A stretch of 32,000 nt of DNA from Halomicronema hongdechloris C2206 (lineage in GTDB: Bacteria; Cyanobacteriota; Cyanobacteriia; Phormidesmidales; Phormidesmidaceae). Of this stretch, positions 26,467 through 32,000 are shown piece by piece. The notes below the pieces were generated by a model. It was not told the origin of the DNA. It was given only the letters and a program-made list of their open reading frames with translations, and did no database searches. The DNA lies in contig NZ_CP021983.2 of assembly GCF_002075285.3 (NCBI RefSeq), positions 2,700,001 to 2,732,000 of the forward strand, written 5' to 3'. Both the position numbers and the translations under genes were made by a program. Numbering within the stretch: the stretch's first letter is position 1; each line of letters begins with the position of its first letter.

Positions 26467-27510
26467 TCAGCGAGAGCCAGAGACACTGGCACTACTACGG
26501 GAAAAAGGCTCTTCCACAAAGCCCAACTCATATAGCTGCTGATAGGCTTGCTGGCCTAACTCTCGGGTGGGTTGCTGGCTACGTAGAATCGACATCAACA
26601 GAGGCACGGCCTGAGCCGGTTGATTCTGAGTGCGATAGATCAACGCCAAGCGATAGGTGGCCTGATCCCGTTGGCGCACTGCTTCTAGAGCTTGGTCCCG
26701 TAGGGAGGCGTTCAGGTCGTCGTTGATCCCCACAAACATCGCCGCCAGATCTTGATAGAAGGTGGAGATCTGGTTCAAGGTCTCGCGGGCTTGCTGCAAG
26801 GTTTCGATGGCCTGGGGATAATTCTGAGCAGCGATGGCACTGCTGGACTCGTCTAGCATTTGCGCCGCCGCCGCCAAAGAGAGGTCGCCGGTTTCGCTGA
26901 CGCTAGCGGTCTCATCGGCAGTTGTTTCAGCTGGCTCGGCCTCATTGTTGCCAAGGCTAAAGGGCTGGCTCACAAACCCCAATTCATACAACTGCTGATA
27001 GGCCCGCTGCCCCAAGGGACGGGTCGGCTGTTGGCTGCGTAGCACCTCCATGAATAAGGGAATGGCCTGCTCTGGGGCCTGCTCGGCTCGATGGAGCACT
27101 GCCAACTCAAAGGTGGCCTGGTCCCGCTTTTGAGCGGTCTCTAGAGCCTTGGCCCGATTGCTTTCATAGAGGCGAGTATCGATGCCGGTGAAGAGGCTGG
27201 ACAGTTCTTGGTAATTACCGGAGAGTTGGTTGAACATACTCCGGGCCTGCTGTAATTTTTCCTTGGCCTGCTGGCGATTGCCCTGGGACATAGCTTGTTG
27301 AGCCTGGCTCAATAGCGCATCGGCAGCGGCAATGCTGAGGGCACTGGAAGACTGATTTAGGGGGCGTAGTTGATTGAGCTCTTCCGTCGGGGTGGGCTCG
27401 GCTGGCACCTGGGCGAGGGCTTCCCCTGCCACCATCACCAAGGAAGCTGTAAGCGCTGTGGCTGCCGCCAAGAGGCGACTGCGATTTGAAGACAGGCGAA
27501 TACCAGCCAT
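26467..27510 (-). CDS. Secreted protein of unknown function built from two ~130-aa tandem repeats
   Basis: Signal peptide MAGIRLSSNRSRLLAAATALTASLVMVAGEALA. Both halves end in LRSQQPTR(P/E)LGQ(R/Q)AYQQLYELGFV. The longest ORF starts at GTG 27543. Confidence 0.65.
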   Translation of the reverse strand: MAGIRLSSNRSRLLAAATALTASLVMVAGEALAQVPAEPTPTEELNQLRPLNQSSSALSIAAADALLSQAQQAMSQGNRQQAKEKLQQARSMFNQLSGNYQELSSLFTGIDTRLYESNRAKALETAQKRDQATFELAVLHRAEQAPEQAIPLFMEVLRSQQPTRPLGQRAYQQLYELGFVSQPFSLGNNEAEPAETTADETASVSETGDLSLAAAAQMLDESSSAIAAQNYPQAIETLQQARETLNQISTFYQDLAAMFVGINDDLNASLRDQALEAVRQRDQATYRLALIYRTQNQPAQAVPLLMSILRSQQPTRELGQQAYQQLYELGFVEEPFSRSSASVSGSR

Positions 27511-27546
27511 GGCAGTCAGTAAGTAAATATAATTCGAGTACACATT

Positions 27547-30334
27547 CTAGCATCGCTTGACGAGTCGCCTGATCAGCTTTTCGAACTCCACCCAGACAAA
27601 CAGCAGGGTGCTAAAGCCAAAGCAGACGGCCAGTTCGGTGGGGCTGAGCAGTTGCGTGCCAAAGAAGTCACGCAGGGGCTCAACGTAAACCAGCATCAGC
27701 TGTAGCACGGTGGTCAAGATCACGGCCCCGAGCACGAAAGGATTGGAAAACAGGGAGAGCTGAGCGGTGAATTGGATGTCGGAGCGCACGGCGATGGCAT
27801 GGCCCATCTGGGCCAGGCAAAGGGTAGTAAATACCATGGTCTTCCAACGAGCCGGGTCGCCAGGGTGGGTGAGGGCATGGTTATAGGACCAGTACATCAG
27901 GCTGACAGCGATGACCGTAAAGACTAAACCGATGCGGATCATATAGGCCCCGAGTCCGCGGGCAAAGATGCTCTCTTTGGGGTCATGGGGAGGGCGCTGC
28001 ATCACGGTGGAATCAGAGGGTTCCACGGCCAGGGCTAGGGCCGGAAAGCCGTCGGTGACCAAATTCATCCAGAGAATCTGCAACGGTGTTAGGGGCACAT
28101 CGAGGATGGGCAACAACATCGGAGAAGCGGCGATGGTGAGCACTTCCCCGATGTTGGAGCCCAGAATGTATTTCACAAACCGGCGAATATTGTTGTAGAC
28201 CACTCGCCCCTCTTCGGTGGCGGCGACGATGGTGGCAAAGTTGTCATCCAGCAGCACCATGTCGCTGGCCTCTTTGCTGACATCGGTGCCAGCCATGCCC
28301 ATGGCGATGCCGATATCAGATTGCTTCAGGGCGGGGGCATCGTTGACCCCATCGCCGGTCATCGCTACCACTTGGTGCTGTTTTTGCAAGGCCTGTACGA
28401 TCCGTAACTTATGCTCGGGGGACACCCGAGCATAGACGCTAACATTGGCGACGGCCCCTTCTAGATCGGGCTGACTCAGCTTTTCTAGCTCGGTACCACT
28501 CAGCACTTGACCGTTATCGGAGATGAAGCCTAGGTCTTCGGCCAGGGCTTTGGCCGTGAGTTGATGATCGCCGGTAATCATCATGGGGCGAATGCCGGCT
28601 TGCAGGCAGCGTTGCACGGCATCGGCTACCTCCGGGCGGGGGGCATCGATCATGCCCACTAGCCCCAACCAAATCAAGGCTTGCTCTGCAGTATCGGCGG
28701 TGTCGTCAGCGGGACATGTCTGCAAGGGGCGATAGGCAAACCCCAAGACCCGCATGCCGCAGCTGGCCATCTTGGCGTTGCTGTCTAAAATTTGGCCGTA
28801 CTGTGCTTTAGAGAGGGGCTGCACTGAGTCGGCGATCTGCACTTGGCTACAACGGCCCAAGAGGAGTTCTGGCGAGCCCTTGGCAAATAAGCAGTAGGGA
28901 GCGTCTCCCCAGGTGATGGCGACCTCTCTGGAAGAGGCCGCCGCCTGCACCACGACACTCATGCGTTTGCGCTCTGAGGAGAAGGGAAATTCAGCGACCC
29001 GGGGAAGCTGCCGGTTTAGGTGGCCGTGGCTCAGAGCGGCTTTGCTGGCCAAGACAATTAAGGCCCCTTCGGTGGGGTCTCCTAGGATGCTCCATTCCCC
29101 GTGCTCTTTCTGTAAGATGGCATCGTTGCACAGCATGCAATCTAGCAGCAGCAGGGCCAAATCGGGCTGCTCCAGGGGATTGAGGGTTTGCTCTCGCTCT
29201 AGGAAGTCTCCCTCGGGGGTGTAGCCATGGCCGGTGGTGACGCAGGTGTGGTTCAGGGTCTGCAGGGTCTGTACCACCATTTTGTTTTGGGTCAGGGTGC
29301 CAGTCTTGTCGGAGCAGATGGTGGTAACGGAGCCCAGGGTCTCGACGGCGGGCAGGCGACGAATCAGGGCATGGCGACGCACCATGCGTTGGGTGCCAAT
29401 GGCTAGGGTGACGGTAATCACCGCCGGCAAGCCCTCTGGCACCACGGCCACAGCCATACTGAGAGACACCTCGAGCAGGGATTCGAAGGCACCCCAGCCT
29501 GCCTGCACCACGCCACCAATGACGACGATGGCTACCAGAATCAAGGAGCCACTGACTAGGGTATTGCCCAGCTGGTCCATGCGCTGCTGCAGGGGGGTGG
29601 GCTCACTCTCGACCCCCTGAATCATGGCAGCGATGCGCCCCAGCTCCGTGGCCATGCCAGTGCGGGTGATCAGAACAGTTCCCCGGCCCTGCACCACTTC
29701 TGTGCCCTGAAACACTAGATTGGTGCGATCGCCTAGGGTGGCATCCGCGGCCAACACCTCTTGGGCGCGTTTGGTGACGGCGTGGGCTTCGCCAGTGAGA
29801 GCCGACTCCCGAATTTGTAAGTTAACGGATTCTAATAGGCGCCCGTCGGCGGCCACCTGCACCCCTGCCTCTAGCAAGGTGATGTCGCCAGGGACGAGGT
29901 CTTGGGCCGGCACATCCTGGAGACGGCCGTCTCGCATGACGCGCACATTCGGCGAAGACAGTTGTTTCAGGGCAGCGAGGGCCTTTTCGGCTCGGCTTTC
30001 TTGGAAGTAGCCCAGCACACCGTTGAGGACGACGATGGCAAAAAATTGCGATCGCATCTTTAGGCACCTCCCCCTGGCGCAGGGCCAAGACCCCAGAAAT
30101 CACTGCCACGGCGATCAGCATCAACAACATGATGTTGCTGAACTGATCGATTAAGATACGCCAGTTATTGCGCCCGGCAGTTTCTTCGAGTTGATTCGCC
30201 CCATAGATCTGGCGGCGCTGCAGCACCTCTTGGGCGCTGAGACCATCGCTGCGATTACTCTTGAGTTGGGCCAGGGCCTCATCCGGAGTTAGGGTGTGCC
30301 ATGAATATCCCTTTGCTGTCGTCCTGTCATCCAT
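27547..30334 (-). pseudogene. P-type cation-transporting ATPase (type II, PacL/Ca2+-ATPase-like), split by a 1-nt frameshift in an A6 run
   Basis: The N-terminal ORF (30334 down) reads ...LSAQEVLQRRQIYGANQLEE...KDAIAIF. The second ORF reads (F)[14 protein letters not shown]...[11 protein letters not shown]...[12 protein letters not shown]. The frames join if one A is removed from 30040-30045. Confidence 0.85.
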
Positions 30335-30454
30335 GGGTGAGACCACTCGCCACCTGTCAACATAACGATCCCATGGTATAGCGGTAACTTCAGGATGTCG
30401 CCGTCACAGGGAATGAGATTTAAGAGATTGCCCCGTTGACCGAAACCCTCGACA

Positions 30455-30485
30455 AAATTTGAATTTTGAATTTTGAACTTCGAAG
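30455..30485. repeat. TTTTGAA heptamer array
   Basis: aaatttgaattttgaattttgaacttcgaag, in the ATPase/hydrolase intergenic region. Confidence 0.8.
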
Positions 30486-30512
30486 TCTGACCGTCCAATG
30501 CCAGCTCTCTCC

Positions 30513-31360
30513 CTACACCACCTGTTGGCGCAAGAAGGTGTCTAAGGCTGCTGCCACCTTTTCCGGCCAGTCTTCCTGGGCGTAGTGGCCCACCTGGTCC
30601 AGCTTCGTGATCTGGCCGTGGCTCAACTGATTGGCCACCGTGACGGCTGTCTTCACGGGTAGCCAAGGATCTTCGAGGCCCCAGAGCAGGAGGGTGGGCA
30701 CCTGCCAATGCTGGAATCCGGTCTCGATTTCGGCGGTGACCTGGGGGAGCTGCAACCGTCGCACCATCGTCATCAGGGCTCGACCAGCCTCAGAACTGGT
30801 CAAGAAGGGCCGGCGATAGACATCCAAGTCGGCATCATCCACCTGGTAAGGGCCGCCCCCCTCCAGGGTGCGATCCACCAACAACGGATCCTGGGTAATC
30901 ATCTCTCCCAGCAGCGGTAACCCCATCTGACGCAGCTTCCAGGGTAGTCTCGCCTGCGCCGTCAGCGGGGCATTGATCACCACCAACCGTTCGATATGCT
31001 CTGGATGGCGCAAGGCGTACTGCACCCCCACACTGCCTAAAAATCCCTGTGCTACCAGATAAAAACGGCTCAATCCCAGGGCTTCAGTCAGCGCCTCTAG
31101 AGCCTGTAAAAAGGCCTCTGGGGTGTAGGCAAACTCTCGCCGATTCGGCTTACTAGAGAAGCCATGGCCAATCCAGTCAGGGGCAATCGCCCGGAACCCT
31201 GCTCTGCCAAAGTTGGCATCACCCTGCGCCAACTATAACTCTGGGTCACCAGGCCATGGAGCAACAATACCGGCGCCTTACCTTGATCATTACGGGGGGT
31301 GGTCTGACGATAGAACCACTGCAGGGAGCCCACATCGATACGGTGTTCCTCGAAGGCCAT
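30513..31360 (-). pseudogene. Alpha/beta hydrolase fold protein, split by a 1-nt frameshift
   Basis: The N-terminal ORF MAFEEHRIDVGSLQWFYRQT...PVLLLHGLVTQSYSWRRVMPTLAEQG joins FRAIAPDWIGHGFSSKP...VAQGFLGS...GHYAQEDWPEKV if one G is added near 31196-31201. Confidence 0.8.
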
Positions 31361-31447
31361 GGCCGCTTCCTAGCACTTCCTAGCGTTGTCTAACGATTAG
31401 TGGCCTGAGCTTACCGCCGTTGGGGACCTTAATGCAAGCATTAACCC

Positions 31448-32000
31448 CTAGCCGCGAGCGTCACTGCCCACGAGATGCGAGCCAGAGGTGGCTCCCGATA
31501 CGTAGTGGCTGAGGATTTGCTCATAGGTGTAGCCCTGCTGGGACAGATTATATGGGGCCCCCCATTGACTGAGGCCGATACCGTGGCCAAAGCCCCGCCC
31601 TGAATCTGCACCATATTTCCTTGCACGGTCATGGAAAACAGAGTACTGCGTAGATTCAAGGCCTGCGCACCTCATTTGCCACTGAGCAGGCGTGTGCCCT
31701 CGCTGCCCTGCAACCGTAGGGTGACGACCCGGCCCCGGGGGAGTCGTGCGCTGGGGTACTGCCCGCCACCAAGCTGCCAATGCCGGGAATCCGCCGTTCG
31801 AACTCTGCCATGGACAAGGTTTCAACCCACTCGTAGACGGGAGCACCGGCGTCATAGTCTTTAACACTGCGCAGGTAGGGTACTGGCCGCTGCCAGACAT
31901 CTTCGACGTTTTCGGTGTAGCCACCCGAGGAAGAGTGAAAGACGGCTTCAATGATCTGACCGTTGTAGGTCAACACCTGTCCTTGGGTAGCATCTACCGC
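31448..32000 (-). pseudogene. SpoIID/LytB domain protein (5' end beyond the window), reading frame broken at about 5 sites
   Basis: AVDATQGQVLTYNGQIIEAVFHSSSGGYTENVEDVW...; LNLRSTLFSMTVQGNMVQIQG; RGFGHGIGLSQWGAPYNLSQQGYTYEQILSHY. These are spread over all three minus frames. Confidence 0.8.

Overview
Cyanobacterial chromosomal segment. The call rests on 14 copies of the HIP1 octamer GCGATCGC, STRR-like heptamer repeats, and gene content: HisZ, FdC2-like ferredoxin, a BolA-Grx pair, a PEP-CTERM protein. GC-rich, mostly minus-strand housekeeping genes sit at 1-12.9 kb (rpsD, two ferredoxins, hisZ, J-domain/TPR pair, IMPase, tRNA-Ser, two MscS paralogs, aldo-keto reductase, metallophosphoesterase, FTR1-like permease plus 2OG-Fe(II) oxygenase) and at 25.7-32 kb (grxD, bolA, internally duplicated secreted protein, P-type ATPase, alpha/beta hydrolase, SpoIID). 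Between them lies an all-plus-strand insert of about 11 kb (13.6-24.5 kb), bordered by a degenerate transposase remnant on the left and a truncated IS6-family copy on the right. The insert has two modules. Module 1 is AT-rich and HIP1-free: NmrA-like reductase, a 241-aa heme-oxygenase-like diiron (HDO) candidate, a ScyD/ScyE-like beta-propeller with PEP-CTERM anchor, and an HxlR regulator. Module 2 is a clustered trpE(G)-trpC-trpA-trpB-trpD operon with a rhizobial-type TrpE-TrpG fusion and no trpF. From memory, that gene order and the upstream ScyD/E-like gene resemble the distal part of scytonemin clusters, but scyABC are absent. I therefore read the insert as a candidate, uncharacterised tryptophan-derived metabolite cassette. 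Also present are a MITE-like element (two copies, one with a nested insert), dispersed TTTTGAR/G-rich heptamer repeats and REP-like hairpins. At least 11 single-base indels, all at homopolymer runs, split otherwise recognisable genes; this looks more like sequence or assembly error than gene decay. All homology calls are by eye from motifs, and no database search was possible.
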